From contig AP026158.1 in assembly GCA_030295235.1 (NCBI GenBank), forward strand, positions 62,001-126,000: a DNA stretch of 64,000 nt. The letters are read 5' to 3'. Below the pieces are notes generated by a model that saw only the letters and a list, made by a program, of their open reading frames with translations, did not search any database and had not been told where the DNA came from. Numbering within the stretch: position 1 is the first letter of the stretch; each line of letters begins with the position of its first letter. This document shows, one piece after another, positions 12,279 through 25,701 of this stretch. This DNA is from Fistulifera solaris. Taxonomy: Eukaryota. A program made the position numbers and the translations under genes.

Positions 12279-13620
12279 ATGACGACACCGACACCCCATG
12301 CATCATCTTCCCAACGATCGGCACAAGTCGCTTCCTTCAAAGTCATGGACGTCTTACAACGCGCCAATGAATTACAAACGGCCGGATACGATGTATTGCA
12401 CTGTGAAGTAGGACAACCGGAAACTGGAGCCCCCGAACCGTCCAACAAGCCGCTGTAACAGCCTTGCAACATCCCCACGACAATTTGGGATACACCAACG
12501 CGTTTGGCTTGTCGGCATTGCGCACCAAAGTCGCGGAACATTACTTCCACAAATATCAAGTCAATGTATCTATGGAACGAGTCGTCATTACGACAGGATC
12601 GTCGGGAGGTTTCTTGTTGGCGTTTACGGCTTGTTTTGATGTCGGTGATGTGGTCGCCATTGCTTCGTCCGGATATCCTTGTTATAGGAACATTTTACAA
12701 GCGTTGGGTTGTACATTAGTGCATGTGCCGCTCAATGAGGATTTTCAATTGACCGCGACGGAGTTGTTGGCCGCTTTAGAAAAGACTCCGAAGATCAAAG
12801 GTTTGATTTTGAGTTCCCCCAGTAATCCGACGGGTGCCATGTTGTCACCGACCCAATTGCAAGAATTGTGTCAAGTATGCGATCAACATCATATTCAATT
12901 TCTATCGGATGAAATTTATCATGGTATATCTTATGGAAGTCAAAAGAAGCCACGGCAATTCAATTCTCCGACAAGGCGGTCGTTTTGAATAGTTTTTCCA
13001 AGTATTATTCCAGTACGTCGAAGGTCATAATATCATGTACTGGTTGTAACTTTTTGACCAATACTGACCGCTTTTTTTGTTTTTTCTCTACAGTGTCCGG
13101 ATGGAGGTTGGGATGGATGGTCTTGCCGGAACATTTGATCGATGCCGTCAACAAATTGCAGCAAAACATGTTTATCAATGCACCCACGCTGTCGCAAACA
13201 GCGGCCCTGCAGTGCTGGAATCCAGAAACGATACAAGAGTTGGAAAGTCACGTACACAAATATCATACCAGTCGGGAAATTATTTTACAGGCCTTGACAC
13301 AACTGCCCGGAAAACTGCATTGGGCACCGGCCGATGGAGGATTTTACGTGTATGTCGATTTGTTGGATCATTTGGCCTTGCCGCAATTGGGTTCTACCAC
13401 CTTTTGTTCCTTGTTCTTGGAGGAGCATCATGTAGCCTTTACACCCGGTATCGACTTTGAAGATCCTTCGACCGATATGGGGCATCGGCGGTTTCGTATT
13501 TCGTATGCGGGAGGCGTTGACACCGTGCGTCAAGCCATGGAACGTTTACAACAGTTCTGGCTCAGTTGGTTGGATCGTGTCGAGAGAGCGAAAGAACAAG
13601 AGACGACGAATACAGCATGA
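12279..13620 (+). CDS. PLP-dependent aminotransferase class I/II (AspB/AatA-like); intron 13013-13093; frameshifts near 12430 and 12943
   Basis: FKVMDVL..A...HCEVGQP, SPSNPTG, SDEIYHG, NSFSKYYS/MSGWRLGW (PLP lysine), PG.DF, RISYA. Confidence 0.9.
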
Positions 13621-13798
13621 TTTTACTTTCATTCAAGGAGAAGTAAATAAAGGGATAATACTCATCCTAAAAGTATTATAAACATCACAGCAATACCAGT
13701 ATTCAGCATGTGTAGTAATCACTGTGAGTTTCGTGTGTTACCTGGTCTACATTACCATTACTCCGCACTTGTAATTCACTTAAGTGTTCCCCGTCGTT

Positions 13799-16572
13799 TT
13801 ATATTATCTGTTCTTGCACACGCTGTCGCTGTCTGGCACGGAACTGACCGCCGAAACCACCGCCATTGTTCTCCATTCCATTCTCGTCGTCTGAATCGTC
13901 GCCAGTGCCGAGCGTGCGCTTATTGTTTGCATTGGTGATAGTGGGTGCCTCGTCAGCAGGTCGTTCAGAAGGCAAATCATTGCTCAATAAAGTGGCCAAC
14001 GCCATTTCGACCAAGTGCGGTGGAGGTTTGGCCACAATAGGCAAACGAAGCCGCGATGCCGGTAGTAAAAGCAATAGCGATCGTAACCACTCCGGACTGG
14101 TTTGAATTGCCACCATCATCGCACTGGCAGGTCCAGCTGCTGCGGTGGCAGTCGAAGCGGTGGCACCGGAGGCTCCGCGTTGTGGTTGCTGTTTTAGGTC
14201 ATAGGTAAGCCCACCACTGTGGCGTTGGTCTTGGTGACGTTGTCTTTCATAATAACTGGCATCGCTGGCCCCGCCGCTCCAATCTTCTTCGTCCTCAGGA
14301 AGATTCCAGCGCCCAAAAACATCCTGATTGCCCCACCAACCAGATACACTTAAAAGATCCACCGAGCGCTGCAACCCGTTGACAATTTTAGAAGCCGTAT
14401 CGTATCCTTCTTGTCTAACCAGCTGTTCCGAAATCGATGCCTTTTCAGTTTGACTATGAATTACTCCTGTCCCAACATCCTCAACGTCCGGGCCAAACAA
14501 TGTTTGTCTCCTCTGTGCTTCCATTTGATGCAAACGTTTCACGTCTTCCGTACTTTTCACTAAAAACTGCTCGAAATACATTTGTAAGTCTAAAAGTGCA
14601 TTTGTCGCCGCGCTGTTATTTGAAGCGCTAGTGTTGTCTTTCGAGGATGCGGCCACGGCACGTGTCAGAAGAGCTCGCAAATTGACTGGGTCATTGAGTT
14701 GCAACAGCAGCGATGCATAACGCAATACATAGGCTGGCTTCTGTAGGAAGACTGAATGCTTTCTGAGTCCTAGTTCATAGACTCTTGCAGCGATTTCGGG
14801 TGCGTGGTTTTGATGTTGTTCCATGGCCGCGTGCGCCGCATACAAATGCCAAGTTACGGGACCCGGGGGAACTAGATGTTCCTCTGTTGCTGGCGATACG
14901 GTGTGATTGGAAGTGGCCGCCGACCATCGATTGGTAACAACCTTATTGCTGGTAGTCGAGTTCGATTCGAGCGCCGCCACATCTGTCTTGCTACTGGCAA
15001 TGCCATCTTTGTCCTCTTGAGACCGCAAGACACGTCTTCCTCGGGCAAATACTTGTCGTGCAGCTTCCATTCCACGATAGCGCCGTACCAATTGCTGTAA
15101 TACGACAAACCCGAGTGTTGTGGGTGCTCGCCGAATATTTCGTTCCATGACTTGAATGCATTCTTCTTGATGTTGTGTGTTTTCGGAAGAAGGCTGCTGC
15201 GACGTCGAACATTGCAATTCCACCAGCTGACTTTCCGCAATCGCTAAAAGAACCGCGTCGGGTATATATTGTTGTCCCAGTTGCAAAACACTCCTTTGAC
15301 GTTCCAGCGATGATGTTGTGCTTTCCCACATACTCCACATGTGCCACGGTTCCACATGTCGCGTGAAGACACAAACGGCCGCTTGCCACCATCCCCGCAG
15401 ACGCGTCGTGAGATCCGTAGCATTCAGCCGTTCTGGATTGGTCCTTTCATACGCCAACGCCGTTTTCCAAACGTTCCATAGATCGCATTCTTCCTGACGG
15501 GCCTCATTGTCGGGCGGCGCCGCCAACCGCGTCCACCGCAAACTTTCGTAAGCGTACACGCGACTGCGTTCCAAATAGACAGACCGTGCGTGTTGATATT
15601 TGGGTGCCCATTCCTGTACCAAAGCTTGCGCTAGTACTTCATTTTGTGCCTTTTCGAAGGCTTCGTATTCCTGCCACAAGCCATCCAACCCCGTCATGGG
15701 GTGGGTAATCAACTGCTGGTAGGCACTACGCAATTCCAGCATTTGTTCGTGTCCTTGGGTGGTCGAAATTTGAATCCATTGTAAATATCGTCTCCACAGT
15801 TCGTGATTGTTGAGATGTCCCCCGGCATATTTCAACGCCATTTGAAACGCCTGATGCATGCGAGGTCGTTGTTCTTCGGGTGCATTTGGAAATTGACGCA
15901 CCAGTGCACGCTGTCGGTTCTGTAAAAGAGCAGCCACAATGGAACATACCAACTGCAAATACCCGTAATAGGTGAGGCTTGCTGAACGACAGCATTCTCT
16001 TCTGGTGACGCTTCCTCTTCGCGGGGCACTAATTTGCTAAGGAACAAACGATCCAACGTTGCTTGTGCCTGCCGCGCTCGATGCGTCGTCCCTGCCACCA
16101 CTCGAACGGTAGGACCACCGTCTTCTCCAAACATGGCACTGCATCGAAACAATAAGCTTGCGACCGACAACAAATGCTCGACCGCGTAGGGGAAATAGTG
16201 CAACAAATGACCATAACAACTCATCATCCAGTCTAATTGTGCGGTAGTTTCCGCGTCAACCGCATGAATGTTGTGTATTTGTCGATAACAAACTTGTACT
16301 TCGGTCAAAATCGCTTCCCACGCTTCAGTATCGTGCTGCGGATCCGCTTGAATACGTTGCAAGGCATTCTGATAACGACTATCCGGCGGTTGATGTTGCG
16401 GATACGGTGACGGAAGAATACGTGCCGGTAATTCATCCGCGACTTGTATAGCGGAGGCTTTCGCTTTTACAGGATCTTGAATCACCTGTTCGTCAACATC
16501 TTCCATATCTTCATCGTCATCATCATCCTTGCGAAAAAGGATATTTTTGTTGCCATTGTCGTTGAAACTCAT
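13799..16572 (-). CDS. CSTF3: Cleavage stimulation factor subunit 3 / RNA14 (HAT repeats); frameshift near 15925
   Basis: LWRRYLQW, LWQEYEAFE, YERTNP, GMEAARQVFARGR, IAARVYELGL HAT/Suf motifs; ends FRARQRQR. Confidence 0.88.
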
Positions 16573-18961
16573 TCTTTATAGCTGATTATTCACAGGAAAT
16601 ACAATCGACAATGCGAGGAATTATCCGCAAGCTTATTCCCTGTAACAGAGCGTAAAATTACGATACAAAAGCCACTCCTTATGATGTGAATTTACCCTTG
16701 CCGCCGTTGATTTGTCATGGTCGGCTTTTTTCCTCGCACTGTGGCTGTGCGCCGCAAGCCGCAAAGATTTCCTGTTCTGAGCAACGGACAGACGGTGCTC
16801 GTTCGATTAATAATTAACCCCCCTTTTGCTTCATGCCGATCTGCAGAACCTGGAACCCTTGTTACAATGAGGCTCAATAGAATCAATGCTCATGAAGGTG
16901 TATCTATACTATACTTCGATTGCTATATTGCGTGGAGTGTAGGCGGAAATCCGGCAAGACTGGATTTTCAGTCGTGAGCCACGACAAGCAATGGATCCGT
17001 TTGGCGTTTTTCGCTTGTGCTTTGGTCGACCTCTTTCCCTAAAAGCAGTGACTTGCTTTTACAGAGATGTGAATAAGCAAAATGTGGGTCCTTTGTCACG
17101 AAAGTCTACATAAGATGACGTCGAAAGTCGTCCCGAATGCAGGAGAGTCACTGTAGTGTACACTCACAAAGTGTGTAGGCGACCTATCACCAAAGCGGGA
17201 TTCTGAGTCATGAGCCACAAAAACGATTTGCTTCATTTTTGCGTTTCTTGCATGTACCATGCTCTGACAGTAAATGATGCCATGCAGCGGAAGGAGCTGC
17301 ACTGCGTCATGCAACATTTGAAAAATGAGGTGAAACTTAAAGGTTACACAGGTTGGCGTGTACGTCATTTTTACCATGACTCGATTATCAGTCATGAGCA
17401 GAAAAAACTATTGCGTCCCTTATTTGCGTTTCACGTTTACTCAAGATCGTCAATGATTCCTCATGATTCTGCTGACAAATTATACTGTCATACTCCAGAA
17501 AAAGCAATTTATTGTTCCCGATGCGGTTTTTGATTGGTTTGGAAATGGTCCGCAATGATTGAGTTTCGAACAAAGGACAAAAATCGCTGTCAAAGGCAAA
17601 ACATAGGTTGCCTCGATGGGTGATGAATTTTTTTTGGCACGCAGACACCGATTCAGTCCTAATTTTGAGCAGGATACAGGTAAGCTAGAGGTTCGACAAC
17701 TTTACTGGTCAGTTTATACTATATCTTAGTTATCGTATCTTAGTTGAGGTGTCCTTACAGAATTATCAACTACGGAGTAATTAGTAGAGATGGGACGAGG
17801 TTTTTGTGCGAGAACATGCAAGACACAAGACACAAGACGGCTTCAGCAGAATCGTTAAAAGTGGAAAAAGTGTTTTGAAATCTAAACTACCTAAAGCAAC
17901 TTCAAATCGCGTGCCAGTTGAACAATCAGGAACAAATAACAAAATTCTGGCTCATGGCTCCTGAGATGGTGCAGATAACTATACCACACAGCCCCACCTG
18001 GCCACCCTGCCGAAGAACAAAGAAACACCCGTTTATCAGAACACGCGAAGCACGACGCGTCCCTCGACACACGACTACATTATTTAGGAGACTGAAGAGA
18101 GATTGGATTGGGTCTACGGTCAACGTCAACAGTCTACAGGGCCCCTCTTGCCTCGTGCCACGTGCCTCCATGCAAGTGTCTCGCCACTCGCCACTCGCAC
18201 CTACGCCTTACCTGGTAGCTCGATTCGACGAATGACGACGCGTCTTCCGAAATTACGTGCGATCGATGATCGATGACCGATGACCCACCAACTACCGTTG
18301 TAAACAAAAAGAGGGATTATAGCGAATCCTAGTACGATGTACGATTATACTAGTGAAATCAGTATGGGAGCGTTTGAATTCAGAAATTTGTTGCTCGAAA
18401 CGAAGTCAGCTTTCCGCGGTCCAAAAGCGCATTGGAGAAGAACGCAAGTCGCCTTCTTCGTTGTTTATCCTCTTGACTCATCGCCTCAACGGATTCAACA
18501 GTCACACCCATTTTCACACGCTCACTACTTAGCTGTCATTAATAAATTTCATACGAGAGAAGAACAATGGCTCTTTATACTCAAGTTGAATTGCCCCTGA
18601 ATATCAATCGCTCAATCGCCCCTTCTTCATGAGATGTAGTAGTAAAATAAAAAGTTTGTCTCGTCACTCGTCACGATCAGACATTCCGAATGACTTGATC
18701 CAGTGGAGTCTATGCAGTCATTTTGATATTTTTATTATGCCCAAAATGAATGTCTTCAAGTTAGGAACCGCAACTTCGCTTTCCAGTCTTCGTATTTCGT
18801 ACGGCTTCTTCCAAAACGAGACACGAAGCACGACACCCCCACAGTTCTGCTACGTCAAACACGCTCCTTCCCTTCATCACATTATAATACAAGCTTGAGG
18901 GTTCACCTCACTTTGTTTTTGCTATCGCATCATTTTAGCTCGAAGAATCAGAGGCGCAGAG

Positions 18962-20071
18962 ATGAAACGTAACCGTTTGACCGACTCTGAAGCGGACCGG
19001 CAGGCCAATGATCGTAAAGAAGCGACTGCGCAGCCCTCGCCATCGTCAGCGGAGTCCCAAATCAAGGGTAAAAATCTCCTTACCTTTCCTCACCGGCTTT
19101 ACAGTCTTTTGAGTGACAAGCAATACGAAAACGCCATCAAGTGGAGCTCGGATGGCAAGTCGTTCGGGTAAGTACAAGTGGCCATGAATTGCCATTGCTG
19201 CAATTTATGATGTTATCTAAATATTGTACAACCAGGGTGATGCCTCTCGAATTTACTAATTTAGTCCTTAACGTGCACTTTCGTGGGTCACAATTTGAGT
19301 CTTTCATCCGAAAATTAAATCGTTGGTGCTTTACCCGAAACGCGATCAATTCGGAGTTCCCCGTTTATGCAGTGGTTCATAGTCATCCTCTGTTCCAAAG
19401 AGACCGACCCGATTTGCTGGAAGCAATGACCTGCGTCAGTAAGAATAAGAAAAGAAAAGAGGATCACAGCTTTTCGGAAGAGGCAAAAGAAGCCGTCGTT
19501 CCGTCCAGTGTGGCAGCAAGTGGAGGGATCATTGATCAGATGACCGCTTCGTTGGTCAACCGTGATGGACTCAATCCGGATATCACTAGAGAAGCCACTC
19601 TAGCTCAAAACATTCGTTTGGCCCAAATTCTACGAGGAGGAATGCAAAACACAATTCCACAGCTTTCGATGAATCAACTCAATCTTCTCTCTCTAGCATC
19701 CAGCAACCCTCCTACAATGGGACCGGTCGAATCACTCTTGCTGCTCGAGCAAGAGAGATTGGCCATGGCACGAAAACAGAAATCTGGTGAATTCTCGATT
19801 GAATCAGATGGATTACCTCTTGCGTAATGTTGGTGTAGACCCGCTGCTAGGTCCCTCTCGCTTTCCAAACCTTCTTCTTGGAGGAGGATTCGAGCCTTCA
19901 ATCCCGTCGGGAGCCTCCTCGGCATTCGTTCCACCCATGCTCGTCAGTCAAGCACCGGGGCCAATAGCACGATTATTGTCTTCCAGGTTGCAACAGAAAA
20001 GAGGCCAAGGCGAAAATCCCCATGACCCGAACGCCCCCTATCTTCCGCGTGATGATTCCCATGCCGGATAA
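18962..20071 (+). CDS. Heat shock factor-type DNA-binding protein; intron 19168-19235; frameshift near 19775
   Basis: FPHRLYSLL..IKWSSDGKSF/G..F..LVL..HF..SQFESFIRKLNRWCF...HPLFQRDRPDLL is an HSF DNA-binding domain. Confidence 0.88.
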
Positions 20072-20204
20072 GATATCTTCACCAAGCTGACTGCACAGGA
20101 CTTTCATCTCCCTCTCTTCCCACTTTTGAACAGGAACTAACTGTCCCCCATTCGGCGGTAAGCACCTACTTTTTGATACTTCGTAAATAACAAAACCTCA
20201 ATTT

Positions 20205-22017
20205 TCACGGCTTAACATCGTCTCTCACTTCCAAGAAGTGCAAAGCATGTTCGTATCGACTGGGTGTATGATCTTGTAGCATATTCCCATCGATAAAGAT
20301 ACCATCTTCGACAGCTTCCGTGGATCGCAGACTTTGGCATTGTAGGATATTTTATCATCATCGAAATCATTAGAGTCGTCCGTTCGCTGTATCCAAAGGA
20401 CGTTCGATGCTGGAATTTCCAATACGGGAGCACCCGCTTTGGGTGGTAAACGCTTGGTCTTGGCCTCTTGGACCAATTTTACGAGCTTTTCGTCTGGATC
20501 GGATTGCCTTGCCAAAACTCGGAATTTCTGCCACAGTTTTGGACGCTGATTGCCCACCGCGCTAAGGCTGGCCAGTAAATGCCGTACCGAGTCCACAGAC
20601 AAAAAGGGTACAACATCGCGGTCGTAAATGTACCCAGTACAAGAATTCAATGCGGATTTTGGTACAAACTCCAAAGGAGAAAATACCGGAGGCGTTGCGT
20701 AAGCAAAGCACCGAACGTTGCGACCTTCCACCAATTTTCGTTCCTCTTGATGGCACAAAATATGCAGCAGGCATGCGGTACCGGCTCCTAACGAGTGACC
20801 AGTCAAAACCAGCTCGTAATTCTCATTCGACCGCAGCACTTTCATCACAGTCTCTCTCGCCGCTTCCCACACGCGCTCTGCCATGTTTGCCATTTCGGCG
20901 TGAGCTTCTCCGCCACAAAATGGACGCGACTGCGCCGCTACATCCACCACAATTTCGGAAAAGAAAATGTCCCGCGAATGGCCAAGACGACTTGTTTGTT
21001 GATATGATCGACGGCAACAAAATGCCGCAAATGGTAACCATCCGTATCGTGATCCAAATCCAACGAAACAATGTCTTCTTCTGGTACACCAACATGATCG
21101 CTCACGAGTGTTCGTGTCATGCTATTGGCGCGACTATCGAAACGTCCATCAATACCGATTTGCACCGATCGTATCATACTATTTCCATAAGCGGCGGTCG
21201 CGTATTTCATGAATCTGAACCAAAATTGTGAATGTAAGAAAGCGTCGGGACCAACTAGAAGTCAAAAATAAAAGAAGAATACGTACCGATACGATTCTTC
21301 TTCCGTGGGTATATTCTTGGATGCACTCTGCTTCAAGGCTTCATCTCGCCGATCGCCCACCGTAAGATACTGCTGAATTTCCCGTAACGCGAGTATATTT
21401 CCCAATAATCGCAACGACAATGCCTTGGTAATTTCCATATCAATCTCGGTCGTTTTCAAGTAGTCACGAAAGGCTTGTATGGTCGGCTGTAAGCGTTCAA
21501 ATTGTGATCGATCGGACCACAAATTGGTCAACGAACTTGACAAAAAGCCCGCCACCGAAAAGACATCAGCAACTCCGCGGCGCCATCCTTCTTCAATGGA
21601 TCGTTGCAGTCGTTTTCCTTTATTTTGCCAAGTAGGATCCTTCATGGACTTTTTGATGTTTTCTCGTTCCGATTCATCGAGCGGCAATTGACTCTGACTC
21701 TCCAGAGTTTCTGCTTCGGTGAACGCCGTACTATTCGTGTCATCGTCGCGTTTGACGCGATCTATGCTTCCTCCTGTCGCAAAATAAGTCCGCAATGGTT
21801 CGAGTAACAGATTTTTCTTGCGATAATTCGCAGGAAATGTACGAAATCGATTGGGTACAACAGCCGCCGTCGACATGCCCACGGCGAACAAGGGTGTTCG
21901 ACGGAATTGCCGGTTGCAAGAAGGTCGAGCCGTCAAGAGAAAAGCGCCCAAAAGCGTTGTCATTGTCATGGTTACCCACATAGATTTTTCGAAACACTGA
22001 AGAATTGTAGAAAGCAT
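20205..22017 (-). CDS. Class 3 lipase (DAG-lipase-like); intron 21215-21286; frameshifts near 20960 and 20303
   Basis: RFMKYATAAYG, VVLAIRGT, AHAEM, LTGHSLGAG nucleophile elbow, DVVP, and corrected C-terminal NMLQDH (catalytic His). Confidence 0.85.
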
Positions 22018-22704
22018 CTACAATAGTTCCATCACGAGAAAGGCGATCAAATTTTTCGATGCGTTTCTTTTCGTGAACATGAACGGGTGTGATTGAGAAG
22101 AGAGTGAGACATCAAAAAAAAAAAAACCATAAGGGTGTCTCGCACGACTGGTAGCAGTCACGAAAAAAGGTACCTAGCAATATACACTTTGGTAGTATTC
22201 TCGCGTTGCCATGAATCCTGTTAGACAGTCTTCCGACAAAGAAAGTGAATGAAACGAAGGTGGCCAACGACGATTTGTCGGAGAAAGGATCCATTACTTG
22301 TTTGGAAATAGTTTCGGATGAAGTTGATAGCTTCTCGACCTGCACTACTATTATTATTGACTCTGACTCTTTCTCGACTTTCCTTCGAGTACGTGGTTCT
22401 AAGGACAAGCCCTCCATGACTATGGCTAATAAAGATCCAAGACAATGCCCAAATCGTGTTCCACTTGTTGTCCAAATAAATTCGATGCTGTCGGACTGCA
22501 GCGACCTGGCGGATGACGAATATTGCTGCCTCTAAACTAGAGAATTTATCGATTTTTGATATTTTCAAGTATCGGAAAGCATCGATAGCAACGGGGACGA
22601 AACACCGCAGCATGACTGTAGTGATTTACTCTGTGATATAGTTTTCTTGTCATAGTGAAAAACAACAAAATTAAGATTTCTGAGATGTCTTTCCAAACTA
22701 GTGT

Positions 22705-24565
22705 TCATTTCCACAACACCAGCTTTCCTTTGGACTGTCGTTTGTCATTGCTGAAAGCTCCGAGTATGTGTTTATAAGGGTGGTAAAGCATGGCAGAGAT
22801 TTCTGCAACCTGTGCTTCTTGTGATCGAGAGCCTTGTGTTGCAAAATCACGAATCGACGATACAAGTTCTCCGGTCTTCACATTGAACACGGCACATTCG
22901 CCATTTTCTTGTACAGCATACAGTGTATGTTGAGATGATGACAAGGTCGCGGCCACTATTACGCTGGGAGTCACAAAGCGCTGCTCCACAATTCCTTCTA
23001 AGCTTACAATGAACGCCGCAGTACTGCGAGGAACCATCAGGAGCTTTTCGTTTTGTAATGAAATCACATTATTAACCGGCATTGCGTCAGTCCCATCCGA
23101 AAACGTATTCACTACCATGCTCTGACCTACTGCGAAATGATCTCGTGGCTTTAAAATATTTGAAACTTCTCCGGTAGATTGGTTCCATATTCGGACTGTT
23201 CCATCACCACTGCTTGTCGCCACCAAAGTCTCTTCTCCGCCGATTGTAACATAGTGACACGATGTGATGTAGGATGTATGTCCCCGAAATTCTTTCGTGC
23301 AATGAGCTTTGAACTTGATTCGACTTCCTTGCCCATCTAGCTTCAATTCTTGGATGCTGTATTCACTCACTACCGAGCCGCTCGCCATCAAAAGGTATCG
23401 GTCACTTTCGGGTCTAAACGACAACGACGTGACGGGTTCCTTCCCTACCACTGAGATTTTTTCCAAAGACGATCCCGTGTGCAAACTCCACAGCACGACA
23501 GTCCCGTCTGTGGACCCACTCGCCAAGTACTTGCCATTGTAGGAAATGGCGAGTGCCGTGACCGCGGCATCATGCCCCATGAGTTTATCTTCCTTTTGGT
23601 ATTCATAGTCTTGAATATTGAGTTTCGAGTATTGTTGACGAGCATCCCATATTTCAATCAGTCCATCCGATGATCCGGTAATTAAATTGGCTCCGTCGGG
23701 TGTAAACACGGCCGCTTCACAGGTGGCTTTTTTACCAAATGAGATTGTGGAGTAGATGGCCTGTGGAATCGGTTCCATTTCGTTTGGTACATACTGATCA
23801 AGATCATCGACCGCCACAGCTTCTCCACGAACGCTCCCCAGTACCAAATCAAATTGTTTCTTGCGCTTGTTGCATTTCTTCTCGTTCTTGTTTTCATTAT
23901 CCTTATCGTCACTTGTAGTATATTGCTTCGTTTGCGGCAACATGCCAGTATGCGATTGCCATTGTACGGCTTGTTGCAGCAACATTGGTAAACGTTGACG
24001 CGGATGTGAAGGAACACAATCTTCAATGAGTTCTACCAATCGCTCTCGCGAGGCTGCTAACGAACCACCCTCGTAATAATGATGCGGCACGGGCGCTTGC
24101 GGATTTATTTGTCGCACAGCCGCCAAAGCCGCTAAATTCTGTTCGATCAAACGACCCCACGTCGTTGTCGTTCCCAACGCTACATCAGGAACAGACTGCT
24201 CGTGTAGAAAATGCTGCACGAACCGATACGTTGCGTACGCGACATCCCATTCCCCCTTGATCGGCCAACTCTAAAATTGTACACGCGTACGCCTGTGCTT
24301 GCAGGGACGTCACGTACGGATTCCGCTGCGGATCCATGGCTTCCAGTGCGGTCAAAACGGCATCCCACTGCCCCGTTTTGATCCATTGCGGTAACGAATC
24401 TTTCACAAAACTGGCCGCTAAACCAATCTTGGTTTCTTGTTGCAACGTCCGTGCGGTTTGATGATGTCCCTGTTCGGTCAAATGCGCACCAATGAGACGT
24501 AAAATGTCATCGGATTTAATTTCGAGTGTATTGTTTGTATGTGTTGCTTTGTAAAACTTGCTCAT
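22705..24565 (-). CDS. SMU1: WD40 splicing factor SMU1 (LisH + WD40); frameshift near 24254
   Basis: LEIKSDDILRLI..HL.E LisH, GQWDAVL, RL..LLQQAVQWQ, ITGSSDGLIEIWD, TKEFRGHTSYI, HPYKHIL, ends LWK. Confidence 0.9.
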
Positions 24566-25701
24566 TTTTGAATAATAGCTTGAATAACTCAGTCAGATGT
24601 ACCTGGTATTGTTTTATGGTTGTTGTTGTTCAGATAACTACCCGGCTGGACGAAGTTTTTACACATCAATGGGCCTCACTAGACTCGACAATCGACTCAA
24701 TTTGATTCGAGTCACGAATTGCGTCTAAGGTACATCTTTCCATAAAATGAAAATGTTCTTGTCAAACAGGTGCTTTTAGATCAATGAGAGAAGGGATCAT
24801 GGATGGTAACTCAATCCAGCAATTAGAATTGTGAAAGCTGTTTCATGTCTGGCATGGCATAGCAATCAATTCCGTCAAACAATAAAGTTTAGAAGTTCAC
24901 GTCAATATACGTACTTTACCGTACATCCGAAAGAACGACCACCCTTTGTTCGACGACGAAGACTCCTCAACACTCACGTTCCGGGATCATCTCTAATAGA
25001 ATGACGTTGCCCGTGGCTCGGTGGCACTCGATCATTCGCTTCTTCCAAGTTCAATCAAGAAATGCTCGTTGCCGCAACTCTCTATAGAAAAACAACGATT
25101 CATTCAGATTCATGACTGCAATCAATCGTGTCAAATAATGTCAACCATGTGACGACATCTTCGCACATCGTCAAATAATTTTTCCACGATTGTCCTGTTT
25201 CTTTCTTTTCTTTTTTTTTTTTTTTTTTTCAAACCAAAAACGCGCGAATGAACGGCAAATTTGTGGAGCCTTGCGGGCGCGCACGAGTCAATGACGTGGA
25301 CAAACCTACAAGAATGTTCCAGGATGACCTTGGTTCCGTTTTTGCTAAGGAAAAACACAAACCAAAAACTCTTTTGTTGACTACGGATTGCACGATTGCA
25401 CTTCGGTGCGGTCCACGTGTCACGCTGCTAAATACCCAAATGGGGCACTCACAATTACTCCCCCAACGGAAAAGTCACGCGGTAACAATTCTTTTAGTAC
25501 TGTAAATTCTTCCCACCATAACACCAAATTCGAGCGAAGTAAGTTGTGTTCGATCCTGCGAACTACACCACGGTTCGACGGATCCATTTTCCGCCTCTTC
25601 ATTTCTTTCTTCTCACTTTATTGTTGACCAGCAAAAAAAGAAAGAGAATCTTTTTATCTTTCATAAAATCTCTGTTTTGTTTCGTGAACGACAAAGCAAA
25701 C

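Noticed and set aside
17210..17533. 107-aa Cys/His-rich ORF
   Set aside because: No recognisable motif or paralog; cannot be told from a chance ORF or a decayed gene without a search.
22245..22535. 96-aa acidic/Ser-rich ORF between the lipase and SMU1
   Set aside because: It may be a real small gene, but no family signature supports a call.
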